From the NCBI GenBank assembly GCA_001780285.1, contig MFGN01000034.1:10462-74461 (forward strand): DNA of 64,000 nt. The letters are read 5' to 3'. A model generated the notes under the pieces. The model ran no database searches. It saw only the letters and a list, made by a program, of their open reading frames with translations, and was not told the origin of the DNA. Below are positions 1 through 9,325 of this stretch, one piece after another. Made by a program: the position numbers and the translations under genes. Within the stretch, counting starts at the first letter, position 1, and each line of letters begins with the position of its first letter. This stretch comes from Candidatus Falkowbacteria bacterium RIFOXYD12_FULL_34_57. GTDB taxonomy: Bacteria > Patescibacteriota > Patescibacteriia > Patescibacteriales > UBA12075.

Positions 1-1689
1 CATTTCTTCGCAGTTAACCAATAATCCTCTTTGAATTGCCCCATTTACCAATCTTTCTACTTCCTGTTTTTGCTCATCCGTCATTTTTTCGCCATAAGAA
101 AAATCAAACCTGAGTCTCTTGGCTGTAATATTGCTGCCTCTCTGATGCACATCTTCTCCCAGCACTTTTCTGAGTGCAGCAAGCATTAGATGTGCCACGG
201 TGTGCAGCTTAGTGGTCTCTTCCGAGGAATCAACGAGTCCGCCCTTGAATTTGCCTGCGCTAGCCGTGCGGGAAAGGTCCTGATGCTTCTGCATTTCTTT
301 GTTAAATTTTTCTTTATCAACATACATACCTTTTTTTTCCAACTCTTCTTGTATCATTTCCAGGGGAAAACCATAAGTTTGAAATAAATTAAACGCATGC
401 GATGCATCAACTTCACACATAATTGAAGGGGTTTCCATATCATCCACCTCCCCCATTGATTCCCAATTTATTTTTTCAAATTCTTTCAATCCCAATTTTA
501 ATGTTTTTCTGAATTTTTCTTCTTCCTTTTTCATTTCTTCTATAATCATAAGCTGCTTTTCTCTTAAATCGGTATAATAATCCGCGTATTCATCTATTAC
601 AATTCTGGCAATATCATTTGTAAAATTATAATCAACCCCCAGGTCATAGGCAAAACGAACAGCTCTGCGAATCAAGCGGCGGGTAAAATATCCTTGATCT
701 TTATTTGATGGAAGAGCGCCGTCGCCTATCAGGAACACAGCTCCGCGCAAATGATCCATAATTACCCGAAAAGCTTTGGTTTCGCCTTCATCTTCCCCAT
801 ATTTCTTACCACTCACCTTCTCTATTCCCTCTCTGAGGCTGGCAAATACATCTCCTAAAAAAATATCCGGATTATCGTTTACGGCGACGGCGAGCCTCTC
901 TAGTCCACCACCAAAGTCAATATTTTTATTAGCAAGCTCCATAAAGCCGTCCTTGATTTTTTTATACTGCATAAAAACATTGTTCCCGATTTCTAAAAAC
1001 CGTCCACAGTCGCAAGCCGGATGACATTTTCTGCCGCGCCACTGCGATTTTTCATGCAGACCTAAATGCGCGCCAAAGTCCCAAAACATTTCCGAATCAG
1101 GCCCCCCGGGCTCCCCTTCCGGCATATTTTCAGGAGTTCCAACACGAGACCACCAATTTTCTTTTTCGTTATAATAAAATATCCGATCTCCTTCTTCCAT
1201 GCCAAATTCTGCCACATTTTCTTTAGCTTTAGCCTCAATACCTACACCTTTAAATTTCTCCTGCCACATATTCACTGCTTCGTCATCTTTGGGGATGTTG
1301 TACTTTTCATTTCCCTGATAAACAGAAACATAAATACGCCCGGGATCAAGGCCTAGCTCTTTAGTTAAAAACTCAAACACCCAGTTAATTTGTTCCTTTT
1401 TAAAATAATCACCCAGACTCCAATTGCCAAGCATCTCAAAAAAAGTAGTATGACGGTTATCACCCACATCATCAATATCCATGGCCCGGAAACACTTCTG
1501 GGAATCAGCGATCCGCACCCCTTCTGGATGTTTTTCTCCCAAGAGGTACGGCACCATCGGCTGCATGCCGGATCCGGTAAAAAGAGTTGAGGGATCATTT
1601 TCCGGCAATAATGAAGCGCTGGGCACGATAGCGTGTCCCTGTTTCTTAAAAAATTCTAAATATTTAGCTCTAATTTGATTGGCGGTCAT
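1..1689 (-). CDS. alaS: Alanine--tRNA ligase, N-terminal ~563 codons (gene continues beyond the left edge)
   Basis: Absent from the ORF track because it is open-ended. My reverse-strand translation from the ATG (complement of 1687-1689) reads MTANQIRAKYLEFFKKQGHAIVPSASLLPENDPSTLFTGSGMQPMVPYLLGEKHP...RHTTFFEMLGNWSLGDYFK...NIDFGGGLERLAV, a class II AlaRS catalytic core. Confidence 0.9.
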   Translation of the reverse strand, partial: MTANQIRAKYLEFFKKQGHAIVPSASLLPENDPSTLFTGSGMQPMVPYLLGEKHPEGVRIADSQKCFRAMDIDDVGDNRHTTFFEMLGNWSLGDYFKKEQINWVFEFLTKELGLDPGRIYVSVYQGNEKYNIPKDDEAVNMWQEKFKGVGIEAKAKENVAEFGMEEGDRIFYYNEKENWWSRVGTPENMPEGEPGGPDSEMFWDFGAHLGLHEKSQWRGRKCHPACDCGRFLEIGNNVFMQYKKIKDGFMELANKNIDFGGGLERLAVAVNDNPDIFLGDVFASLREGIEKVSGKKYGEDEGETKAFRVIMDHLRGAVFLIGDGALPSNKDQGYFTRRLIRRAVRFAYDLGVDYNFTNDIARIVIDEYADYYTDLREKQLMIIEEMKKEEEKFRKTLKLGLKEFEKINWESMGEVDDMETPSIMCEVDASHAFNLFQTYGFPLEMIQEELEKKGMYVDKEKFNKEMQKHQDLSRTASAGKFKGGLVDSSEETTKLHTVAHLMLAALRKVLGEDVHQRGSNITAKRLRFDFSYGEKMTDEQKQEVERLVNGAIQRGLLVNCEEM

Positions 1690-1943
1690 ATTTTTAAATG
1701 AAAAACTAAAAACTAAAAACTAAGGAATCGCTTATGCGACATTTTTATATATCTTTTATTTAATATCTATTAATATAACTGAAAAGTTAATTTTTATCAA
1801 GAGATAAATTATAAAATAACAAGACTACAAACAAATTAAAAGAAACAAATTTAAAATTACAAACTGTTTAATTGTTTTAATTTTAAATTTGATTATTGTT
1901 TGTATCTTGTATCCTTGTGTCTTGTGTCCCCAAAATCTATTTC

Positions 1944-1986
1944 AGAAAAAAAACGACCCCTTGTTGAACTTATGCTCAACAAGGGG
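1944..1986 (-). terminator. Intrinsic terminator ending the transcript of the GC-rich island
   Basis: An 11-bp stem (CCCCTTGTTGA at 1957-1967 pairing with TCAACAAGGGG at 1976-1986) is followed on the minus strand by a U8 run (plus-strand A8 at 1946-1953). Confidence 0.8.
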
Positions 1987-2353
1987 TATTTGTAAAATTT
2001 TATTTGGTCGGATCTCTTGCCATACGCGGGTGCCTCCCGTCAAAGAAGTCGGCCTGGCGACCGGAAATGGTGCCGCTTCTTTTTTGCATCAAATAAATTA
2101 ACTCGCACCGATCACCGTGTGCCTCCCATATGCCCGCTGATTGGGGCTTTGGCCGGGGGCGTTAGATCGATTCACGAGACCATAGCCTCCCTGAGAATTC
2201 ACATCCCTTTTTAAAACCTTCTCAAGGGTCAATTATATTTGTACCGCCCCTAATCGACCAGGGGCTAAAACTGAAGCTTTAACTCCATTCCGCCTCCATT
2301 GGCCTGTTTTTTGGAATCGCGCGCCTTTCAAGCGAGAAAGGCGCTCTGGCAGA
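1987..2353 (-). ncRNA. GC-rich untranslated tail / candidate structured RNA downstream of the 340-aa ORF (class unknown)
   Basis: No minus-strand ORF exceeds 29 codons. Hairpins lie at 2311-2334, 2237-2254 and 2035-2069. There are five GGAG(G) motifs, and the region is bounded by the terminator at 1944-1986. Confidence 0.3.
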
Positions 2354-3376
2354 TTATTGTAGTTTTACTCTGGCGAGTTTTTCCCTGAGATCAGGGTTGC
2401 CGCCGTTGCCGCCTCTTCTGTCTTCCCTTTTGCCGGAAGCCATTCTTCTCAGTCTATCCTGGGCATCGGCTTTTTTCTTGGCATCGGCTTCCGCATTCAG
2501 CTTGTCCAGATCTGCTTTCATTCCCAGATTTTCAATGGCATTGAAAAATGCTCTTGATCTGATACCGTGCTGATCATCACCTTCCCAGCCTTCGGGCTGA
2601 AAATCGCTGGCCATCTGAAATGGGTGGCGGAGACCGTTGTCGCGAATGTACTTTTCAGAGCTGGAAATCAGAGCGTCAAACCTTTTCTGCTCTGCCGCAA
2701 CATGTTCAGAACGAAGATAATCTATCGCCCACCAAAAATCCTGATCAGAAACTTCAGCCTCGGAATTGTTTTTGATTTCATTGATAATATCTTCCATACC
2801 AGATTTGTACTCCCCTTTTTTAAAGACGGCATGGAAGACATCCGGTGCCTTGTAAGCATAATCTTCGGCAAGAAGCAGGGCATTGAGTATTTTAACGCCC
2901 TGATCCCTTCTGGAGCCAAGACCGCCAAGCCATTCTTCAATGACACCGGCATCAATTCCGGACTTTTCCATTTCAAAAGCGTAAACAACCAGATACCGCA
3001 GATATCCATCTTCAATAGCCGGCTTCAAGGCATCAGCGCAGGCCAGATCCTTGAATTCATTCACAATAGAACCGAACACCTGTCCCATATTTTTACCGGC
3101 GCGGAAACGATCAAGGGCCAATTTTGACATATAGGAAAAATTTTTTCCATTGAGTCTATCATTCTGAGCCTTCTGTGCCCTGAGAACCGCCTGACGGGAA
3201 TAGTAAGAATTGCATTTTGAACATACAATATGCCCCTCTTTTTTTTCTCCGCCACAGCCCTTGATTGGACAGACTGTCAGTTGTTTGCCGGCCATCTGAT
3301 CTTTCATGATTGAAAAATCAACGAAAAATTTTTTCTGATCTGTTTTTTTTGTTTCTTTGGTTGCTGTTGTTGTCAT
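2354..3376 (-). CDS. Hypothetical protein with N-terminal zinc ribbon (CPIKGC...CSKC), GC-rich
   Basis: 340-aa ORF with SD AAAGGAG 8 nt before the ATG and its own consensus promoter. The C-terminus is basic (RRGGNGGN). I recognise no family. Confidence 0.8.
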   Translation of the reverse strand: MTTTATKETKKTDQKKFFVDFSIMKDQMAGKQLTVCPIKGCGGEKKEGHIVCSKCNSYYSRQAVLRAQKAQNDRLNGKNFSYMSKLALDRFRAGKNMGQVFGSIVNEFKDLACADALKPAIEDGYLRYLVVYAFEMEKSGIDAGVIEEWLGGLGSRRDQGVKILNALLLAEDYAYKAPDVFHAVFKKGEYKSGMEDIINEIKNNSEAEVSDQDFWWAIDYLRSEHVAAEQKRFDALISSSEKYIRDNGLRHPFQMASDFQPEGWEGDDQHGIRSRAFFNAIENLGMKADLDKLNAEADAKKKADAQDRLRRMASGKREDRRGGNGGNPDLREKLARVKLQ

Positions 3377-3514
3377 TTGACACGCTCCTTTTTGCCCAAT
3401 GGGCGATGTAATAAAGATTTGAAAAAATTGTTAAGGTTCTTCCTATCCTCTGTTAAGAGTTACAATTTAAAAAACAAATTTTAACCCTTATGAAGAATAA
3501 TAATTTATTATATC

Positions 3515-3543
3515 AATATAGCATATTTTTTAATATTTGTCAA
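3515..3543 (-). promoter_or_regulatory. Sigma70-type promoter of the 340-aa ORF
   Basis: The minus strand reads TTGACA (3538-3543), a 17-nt spacer ending in TGc, then TATATT (3515-3520). Confidence 0.65.
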
Positions 3544-3679
3544 GCTTTTTTCCCTTTTGATTATTTTGCTAATATTAAAAAATTAAAAGCTAATAACTAA
3601 AAAAGAAAAACTAAAAGTAGCAATTTAAAACTTAAAATATGAAATTAATAACTTTACTTTTAATTTTAAACTATTAACT

Positions 3680-3738
3680 TTTAATTTAAAAACCCCGGCG
3701 AACATTTTGCATTCTTGCATTATATTCGTCGGGGTTTT
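3680..3738 (-). terminator. Intrinsic terminator after the 430-aa ORF
   Basis: AAAACCCCGGCGAA (3688-3702) pairs with TTCGTCGGGGTTTT (3725-3738), and a U-rich run follows on the minus strand. Confidence 0.7.
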
Positions 3739-3753
3739 AGAAGCCGTTATGGC

Positions 3754-5046
3754 TTAGGCTTGTTTTGCAGCCAAAACTTCTTTCCGCCGAGCAACTCGGG
3801 CAGAAACACTCTTGCCGTTTTCATGCACTTCATAGTCGCTTCCCCTTTTTACGGCAAAAAGGTTATCAGCAACCCTGGAGACATCAACACCATGGGCATA
3901 AAGAGGTAGTAAAACCGCCTCTTTGCCCCCGTCAAAAACAAACCATGCTTTCTGAAAGGATTCCGGTGCATCGGTTTTGGTTTCAACCTTGGAGTCGGTG
4001 CTCTCGTCGGCAGTAATAATCCTGGCATCGGTTTTGGTTTCAGTTTTTGCTTCAACCAGTTCATAGCTGATGTCTTCAACGACCAGCTTGCCTTTCTGCT
4101 GGTAAATCTTTTTGACATCACCGTCAATAAGGACGAACATGTGGCTTCTGCCGCTTCGTCTGGCATCGGCGGCCAACATGCCGGCCTCATCTCTGTCAAC
4201 CGGAATTGCTCTCATAACCTTGTCAAAACCGACAAAGGTAAAATTTACTGCTTTGCGCCGGAAAATCTCGGCAACTCTGGATTTTTTGGCATTTTCCCTG
4301 AGCTTGGCCGCTTTCAGGGCTTCATCGTTTTCTTGCCTGATCTGCTCAGGGGTTTTTGCAGCCATTGTGGTCATTGTGGTCTTAGCTTCTCTCATTTTAT
4401 CCATGCGGTCGGCAACGGCTTTGACCAGCATCCGGAATCTTCCCGGAGCCAGGTAAGCGTCAGCGATACGTTTGGCAACCTCATGGGGTTTCAGATCCAG
4501 ATCACGGGAAGTCACTCCCTCTTTGGCCATTTTTTCATAACCGGCAAAAATTTCACTTCCAATCTCTCCCAGACGAACCTTAATGGCCGCCATGCAGGTT
4601 TTCCAGTTGATGCCAAGGGCATTAGACATGTCGCCGGCAACAGCTTTCAGATCTGCTTCTTCACCGTAATTTTCAACGATGAAAATCTGAGATGCGGTGC
4701 CGTGGGCATTGCAGAAATTCCTAGCGCTTTTTACGGCCGCAATAATCAGCGACCGTTTATAGGTGGGGAATTCATTGGCCAGACTAACTTCCGGCATCTT
4801 TTCTCCGTTTTTCAAAGCTTCCTGCACTCTATCGCGCAGAGCTTCCCATTCTTTGCCTTCCAGTTTTTCCACGACTCGCAGTTCTTCGGCGCGCATGCCG
4901 TCGAAAACTGCGACCATTTTTTCCGTGTAATAATCCCGGGTGGCCTTGGTGATCTTGGAACGACCATCAAGGTTGATCTGAGCAGCGATCTCTTTAAGGG
5001 TAGTTACATTCATGGCATCAAGTTCATGTTTGGTGTAAAGTTTCAT
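3754..5046 (-). CDS. Hypothetical protein, N-terminal SAP/HeH-like helix-hairpin, GC-rich
   Basis: 430-aa ORF. The N-terminus TTLKEIAAQINLDGRSKITKATRDYY resembles SAP/Rho-N type motifs, and a TKTDA motif recurs near the C-terminus (ETKTDA twice). It has SD GAAAGGA, its own promoter and its own terminator. Confidence 0.8.
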   Translation of the reverse strand: MKLYTKHELDAMNVTTLKEIAAQINLDGRSKITKATRDYYTEKMVAVFDGMRAEELRVVEKLEGKEWEALRDRVQEALKNGEKMPEVSLANEFPTYKRSLIIAAVKSARNFCNAHGTASQIFIVENYGEEADLKAVAGDMSNALGINWKTCMAAIKVRLGEIGSEIFAGYEKMAKEGVTSRDLDLKPHEVAKRIADAYLAPGRFRMLVKAVADRMDKMREAKTTMTTMAAKTPEQIRQENDEALKAAKLRENAKKSRVAEIFRRKAVNFTFVGFDKVMRAIPVDRDEAGMLAADARRSGRSHMFVLIDGDVKKIYQQKGKLVVEDISYELVEAKTETKTDARIITADESTDSKVETKTDAPESFQKAWFVFDGGKEAVLLPLYAHGVDVSRVADNLFAVKRGSDYEVHENGKSVSARVARRKEVLAAKQA

Positions 5047-5174
5047 GATAAAATTCCTTTCTTTTTTTTGATTAATATAAAATGTAAATGTTCATGTTCC
5101 TCATAAAAATTTATAAATTTATTTCTAAACTTCTATCAGGAAAAAATAAATAAAATATTTATTTTATTGTCTAC

Positions 5175-5203
5175 ATTGTATCATATTTTTCTATATTTGT
5201 CAA
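5175..5203 (-). promoter_or_regulatory. Sigma70-type promoter of the 430-aa ORF
   Basis: The minus strand reads TTGACA (5198-5203), a 17-nt spacer ending in TGa, then TACAAT (5175-5180). Confidence 0.65.
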
Positions 5204-5337
5204 GTATTTTAGTTTTTTTTATTAAATATTAGCCACATTAATTAAAAGTTTAATTAATTTACAAAAAAATATTGAGCTATAACTCAATATTTTACTATTT
5301 AACCTTATAGAATTTTAACTAGCATGCTTGCGACATA

Positions 5338-6930
5338 CTATCGCCTTTTCGGTGTCACCCAGAATCCCAAATACTTTCCAAACATCAAACGAGTTTGAGC
5401 CTCAAGTCCGGGAATGGCTCCAAAAACAATAATACTCACGGGCAGAATCAACCATTGCACAAGCATAGCTACGCTTTTCAAAAAACCGAATTTCTTAGGA
5501 CGCTTTGGCAGCAGCATGGTGGAGACAATCGCAGATAAAACCAAACCGGACATGGCAAGCATCATTAATTGTCTGGTAACTTGCGGCAGATTACTGGAAA
5601 GTACGGTGGAGTTGAAACGATCCCCCCCCAGTATCATCGGCATCCATCCGACCACAGCGATAATCAAGGCATTGGTCGCCCAGGAATGAAAACCATAAAT
5701 CTGCACCAAAATGCGATTAATCATTTTTTTTCTCGGCAAATACCCCCACCCCTTTATGGTATTAAAAATTAAATATGGCACATTTTCTACTCCCCATCCC
5801 CAGCGGCGCTGCTGTTTATACAAATTTATTGCTGTTTGTTTCATGGTTTCATCCATGCAGATATCCATGGAAACGGGATAATACATGGGCTCTACTCGAT
5901 AGTCGCCCCGATAATAACAAAAACAATGCCAGAATATCCGCGAATCCTCCGAAACCATATTCTTGGACCAAAAACCAATATCAGTTAGTGCTCGCCAGGT
6001 CATGGAGTGCGAGGAGTAAGTGGCGAGTTTTTCCTGTCTAATCTGCTGCATCATCTGCCAAAAAGAATTGGAGTTGGCTGCAACCCGCGCAAAAAACGGC
6101 GCCCGCCAAATATTGTTGTGGTAAATTGGTATGGGTTGAAAACTGGCTCGATATGGATTATCTACGGTTAAGAATCTGTATGTCAGGCAATAAAAATAAT
6201 CCGGGTAAATAACGGTATCAACATCAAAAACACTAACCAAAATTTTATCATAATCAATGTTTTCCTTGTCAATCAATTCTTTTTTTATAATTTGCGCCGC
6301 CCAAGCCTGATTCGATCCTTTTCCTTTTATCTCTCCCTGTATCCCGTCCGGATGCACGGTAACAATTAAATTCCTAAATTTATTTCTATATTTTTCCCTG
6401 GCTTCCACTACCCTTCTTTCAGCCTCCTCTCCCGCCCTTCCTTCAACTGCCAGCACAAGAATCATATTATCCCCGGGGTATGCAGAATTAACTATTGCTT
6501 CTACCGTAGTATTAATTACTTCTCTGCTTTCTTTGTATATCGGACAAACAATCAGATGAATAATATCATTCCATGATAATTTTTTAACAACCGCCTCATA
6601 ATCTTTAATCTGCGCTACTTCCACATCTGTTAAAGATAAACATTTTTCCCGCCAATTAATTTTTAAATTTTGTTTCAATTTTCGAAAAGATACAATTAAA
6701 TGAATTCCTAGATAAACCACCAAAAGCAGCCAGTACACATCAAAGGCAATAATAAAAAAAGCGGTAAAAACCGGCTGGAAATAAGATAAAAAAATTAACA
6801 CCAAAAGCGTTCCCCAGGACAAAAATCCCGGAAGAATTTCCAAAATTCTATATAATTTTCGATCTCCCCCCGAAAGCTCTGTCGCCTTCCCAATTTTTAG
6901 ATAATCCATAACAAATTTTTCCGTTACCAC
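5338..6930 (-). CDS. Membrane-embedded processive family-2 glycosyltransferase (cellulose/chitin-synthase-like)
   Basis: 530 aa with N- and C-terminal TM helices, DxD-like FDVDTV and the QxxRW motif (KQQRRWGWG). The start may instead be the internal ATG at 6909. Confidence 0.75.
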   Translation of the reverse strand: MVTEKFVMDYLKIGKATELSGGDRKLYRILEILPGFLSWGTLLVLIFLSYFQPVFTAFFIIAFDVYWLLLVVYLGIHLIVSFRKLKQNLKINWREKCLSLTDVEVAQIKDYEAVVKKLSWNDIIHLIVCPIYKESREVINTTVEAIVNSAYPGDNMILVLAVEGRAGEEAERRVVEAREKYRNKFRNLIVTVHPDGIQGEIKGKGSNQAWAAQIIKKELIDKENIDYDKILVSVFDVDTVIYPDYFYCLTYRFLTVDNPYRASFQPIPIYHNNIWRAPFFARVAANSNSFWQMMQQIRQEKLATYSSHSMTWRALTDIGFWSKNMVSEDSRIFWHCFCYYRGDYRVEPMYYPVSMDICMDETMKQTAINLYKQQRRWGWGVENVPYLIFNTIKGWGYLPRKKMINRILVQIYGFHSWATNALIIAVVGWMPMILGGDRFNSTVLSSNLPQVTRQLMMLAMSGLVLSAIVSTMLLPKRPKKFGFLKSVAMLVQWLILPVSIIVFGAIPGLEAQTRLMFGKYLGFWVTPKRR

Positions 6931-7124
6931 TGCAAAATTTGCAAGTGAAAAATTAAAAGTTTATTCCGCCCAAGACGGATCAGTTGTTTATTATTTTAAA
7001 TGTTAACTGAAAAGTTAAAATTTGGGCAAGAAAAGGATAATATTAATTATTTTTTTTCTTTGAGATTCCTATTCGCGTTGTCATTAGTTTCGAAAAAAAT
7101 AATTAATATTATCCTTTGTGCTAT

Positions 7125-9194
7125 TTACATATTTATTTCTTCATTTTCATCCAAAGAAACCGCTTTTTCTTCCAAATCGTTAAATTTCTGAATATCTTTA
7201 CTTATTTCTTCTTTTGGAATTATTTCATTGTTCGGCTTGGAGAAATTCTGCACATCTTTTTTGGGCTGATAAAATTTTGTCGGTTCTCTGTTGATAGCCT
7301 CCTGAAGCGATATCTCCGGTACTTTATCTTCTTCATCTTGTCCTTCCGGTTCGTTCTTTTCGTCGTTAAGATTTTTTATATCGGGCAGATAATTTTTACG
7401 AACCAATTGACCGGAAAATCCTTCTTTTTTAGTTATAAAACTTGTTGGTCTTTTTATATTAAAATTATTTTTATTTTTTTCTTCTATGACGGGGTTAAGA
7501 TGGCTGGTTTGTTTGGAATAAAATTTCCTGGTGGCATCTTCTGCTCTTTTAAATTTCGACAGCCCGACATCATGATTTTCTTTGCCGTTTTGGCGCCCAA
7601 CCTGCCCATACTGCCTGCCTGCCGCGCCAAAAGAATCCTGTCGAAATGATCTAGTTGGTAAATTAGCTGATTGATTATCCGCTTCCTTTAATTTTTGCAT
7701 TTCTTCTTCTTTCATCTTTTTTCTCACCTCCATCTCCACCCTGCGCTCATCTTTTGATTTTGACAAACAATTCTTGCAAAACACGGGCCTCACGCCGTCC
7801 GGCTCAAACGATGTCTTGGTCTCTTTGCCGCAACTGGAACAATTGGTGGAATATTTATAAAGATCATCATCTTTTTTCTTGCCGGAAGAACTATCATCTT
7901 CTTTTGACTCTTGTTCATTTTCGTGCCATCTGGCAATTTTTTCTTCTACCACTTCCCGAGAACTGGAATACCTCTCCCTTCCAACCTTGATCACTTTTTC
8001 TAAATTTCCTGTTTTTTCATCTTCACGCAACGGAGCAAGTCCACGGGCCGAAAAAGGCTCTGAAGCAATCCCGTCAATCATTAATTTTAAGTATATTTCA
8101 TATTTTGGTAAATTTACAATATCTTCTTCAGTGAAAATAGGAACGAACTCAGGGGCCAGTGCTTCTGCATCTGCCGCTCCCACGCGAAACACCACCAAGG
8201 TGCCCACATTTCCAAAAATAGCATTCCGCACCTCTTCTATTAATTGCTCAATATATTGATGCGCCAATATCAAATTCAGGTGATATTTTCGAGCTTCGGA
8301 CAAAATGCTTGCAAAGCTCTCTGTGGCAAAATTTTGAAATTCATCAACATATAAATAAAAATCTTCACGCTTATCTTCGGGCATATCAACCCTGCTCATA
8401 GCGGCCAACTGTATCTTGGTAATCATCATTGCGCCTAAAAGCTCGGAGTTATCTTCTCCGATGCGTCCTTTGCTTAAATTTAAAATCAAAATCATCTTTT
8501 TGTCCATAACTTTTCGGACATCAATAGAAGATTTCACCTGTCCGACAATATTGCGGATCAGGGAACTGGATAAAAACTGCCCCACCTTATTCTGAATAGG
8601 CGCTATCGCTTCTGAGGCAAACTTATCATTGTAGCCGGCAAACTCATTCACCCAAAAAGCTTTTACCACCGGATCTTTAATATTGTCGGTTACTTTCTTA
8701 CGAAAAGCTTTGTCAGAAAGCATGCGGATAATAGCCAAAAGAGTAGAACCCGGATAATCCAAAACGGCCAAAATAGCGTTTCTTAAAATATATTCAAGGC
8801 GAGGCCCCCAGGAATCAGCCCATAACTTTTTAAATACCGCCAGAAGACCGGATGCCACCAGATGCCTGAGGTGCGGCTCTACATGTTCAACCACATTAAA
8901 GGCGGTAGGATACTCCATGTCTCCGGGATTAAAATAAACTACATCATTTATTCTTTCTGTTGGTATAAATTGGATTACCTTTTCCGCCAAATCTCCGTGC
9001 GGATCCACCACAGCGACCCCTTTTCCGGCGCGAATATCCTCAACAATCATATTTTCCAAAATAGTTGATTTTCCCATGCCGGTTTTTCCAATCAAATACA
9101 TATGGCGGCGGCGGTCGTCTCTTTTTATGCCAAATTTTATAAATTTATTGCGAAAAGTGGTTTCAGCAAAAACTGTTATATCATTTTTAAACAT
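7125..9194 (-). CDS. VirD4/TraD-like (type IV coupling protein family) P-loop ATPase with C-terminal zinc ribbon and ~250-aa low-complexity tail
   Basis: Walker A is GKTGMGKST and Walker B is FYLYVDEFQNF. HQYIEQL and VVFRVG blocks are typical of TraD/TrwB-like ATPases. The zinc ribbon CSSCGK...RPVFCKNC is followed by a K/E/N-rich tail. Confidence 0.7.
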   Translation of the reverse strand: MFKNDITVFAETTFRNKFIKFGIKRDDRRRHMYLIGKTGMGKSTILENMIVEDIRAGKGVAVVDPHGDLAEKVIQFIPTERINDVVYFNPGDMEYPTAFNVVEHVEPHLRHLVASGLLAVFKKLWADSWGPRLEYILRNAILAVLDYPGSTLLAIIRMLSDKAFRKKVTDNIKDPVVKAFWVNEFAGYNDKFASEAIAPIQNKVGQFLSSSLIRNIVGQVKSSIDVRKVMDKKMILILNLSKGRIGEDNSELLGAMMITKIQLAAMSRVDMPEDKREDFYLYVDEFQNFATESFASILSEARKYHLNLILAHQYIEQLIEEVRNAIFGNVGTLVVFRVGAADAEALAPEFVPIFTEEDIVNLPKYEIYLKLMIDGIASEPFSARGLAPLREDEKTGNLEKVIKVGRERYSSSREVVEEKIARWHENEQESKEDDSSSGKKKDDDLYKYSTNCSSCGKETKTSFEPDGVRPVFCKNCLSKSKDERRVEMEVRKKMKEEEMQKLKEADNQSANLPTRSFRQDSFGAAGRQYGQVGRQNGKENHDVGLSKFKRAEDATRKFYSKQTSHLNPVIEEKNKNNFNIKRPTSFITKKEGFSGQLVRKNYLPDIKNLNDEKNEPEGQDEEDKVPEISLQEAINREPTKFYQPKKDVQNFSKPNNEIIPKEEISKDIQKFNDLEEKAVSLDENEEINM

Positions 9195-9198
9195 TTTT

Positions 9199-9325
9199 TA
9201 AGCTAAAAGCTAATAACTAAAATATGGAAACAACGGTTAAAAACCAAAAATAATTTATTTAAAAATCATGTTTTCAGTTTTAAGTTGTTACTTTTAGTTT
9301 TTCGCTCTTAGTTCTTAGTTTTTTA
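9199..9325. repeat. AT-rich imperfect palindrome between the membrane partner and the ATPase gene
   Basis: The left arm AAGCTAAAAGCTAATAACTAAAAT is roughly complementary to the right arm AGTTTTAAGTTGTTACTTTTAGTTTTT. The word AAAAGCTAATAACTAAAA also occurs at 3587-3607 and, rearranged, at 24229-24255. Confidence 0.6.

Noticed and set aside
1700-1930. Short tandem repeats (AAAACTA x3 and TGTATCTTGTATCCTTGTGTCTTGTGTCC) considered as a CRISPR or minisatellite array
   Set aside because: The units are only 7-8 nt long and have no unique spacers between them. They do not meet any CRISPR repeat-spacer criterion. I treat them as low-complexity spacer words.
1690-1990. Possible T-box riboswitch upstream of alaS, prompted by the sequence GATTAGGGGCGGTAC at about 2233-2247 (minus strand), which resembles the T-box motif
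   Set aside because: The motif lies about 250 nt before the only terminator. It cannot pair with the 5' half of that terminator to form an antiterminator. In addition, a separate TTGATA-17-TATATT promoter for alaS lies downstream of the terminator (about 1770-1805).
1987-2353. tmRNA or SRP RNA assignment for the GC-rich non-coding region
   Set aside because: There is no GGGG...CCCC(ACCA) acceptor pairing, no T-loop (GTTCGA/GTTCAA) and no tag-like reading frame. The CCGGAAAUGG hairpin lacks the conserved SRP domain IV AGCA/GGAA internal-loop pattern and looks like a plain terminator-type stem.
4141-5106. 321-aa plus-strand ORF, together with the other long antisense ORFs at 2567-3127, 13059-13703, 14029-14607, 7116-7649 and 40520-40963
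   Set aside because: Each is fully antisense to a minus-strand gene that has a recognisable family (murB, rplL, the ATPase) or clear expression signals (promoter, SD, terminator). The translations are low-complexity or Cys/Phe/Ser-rich. They are typical shadow ORFs of GC-richer or biased coding regions.
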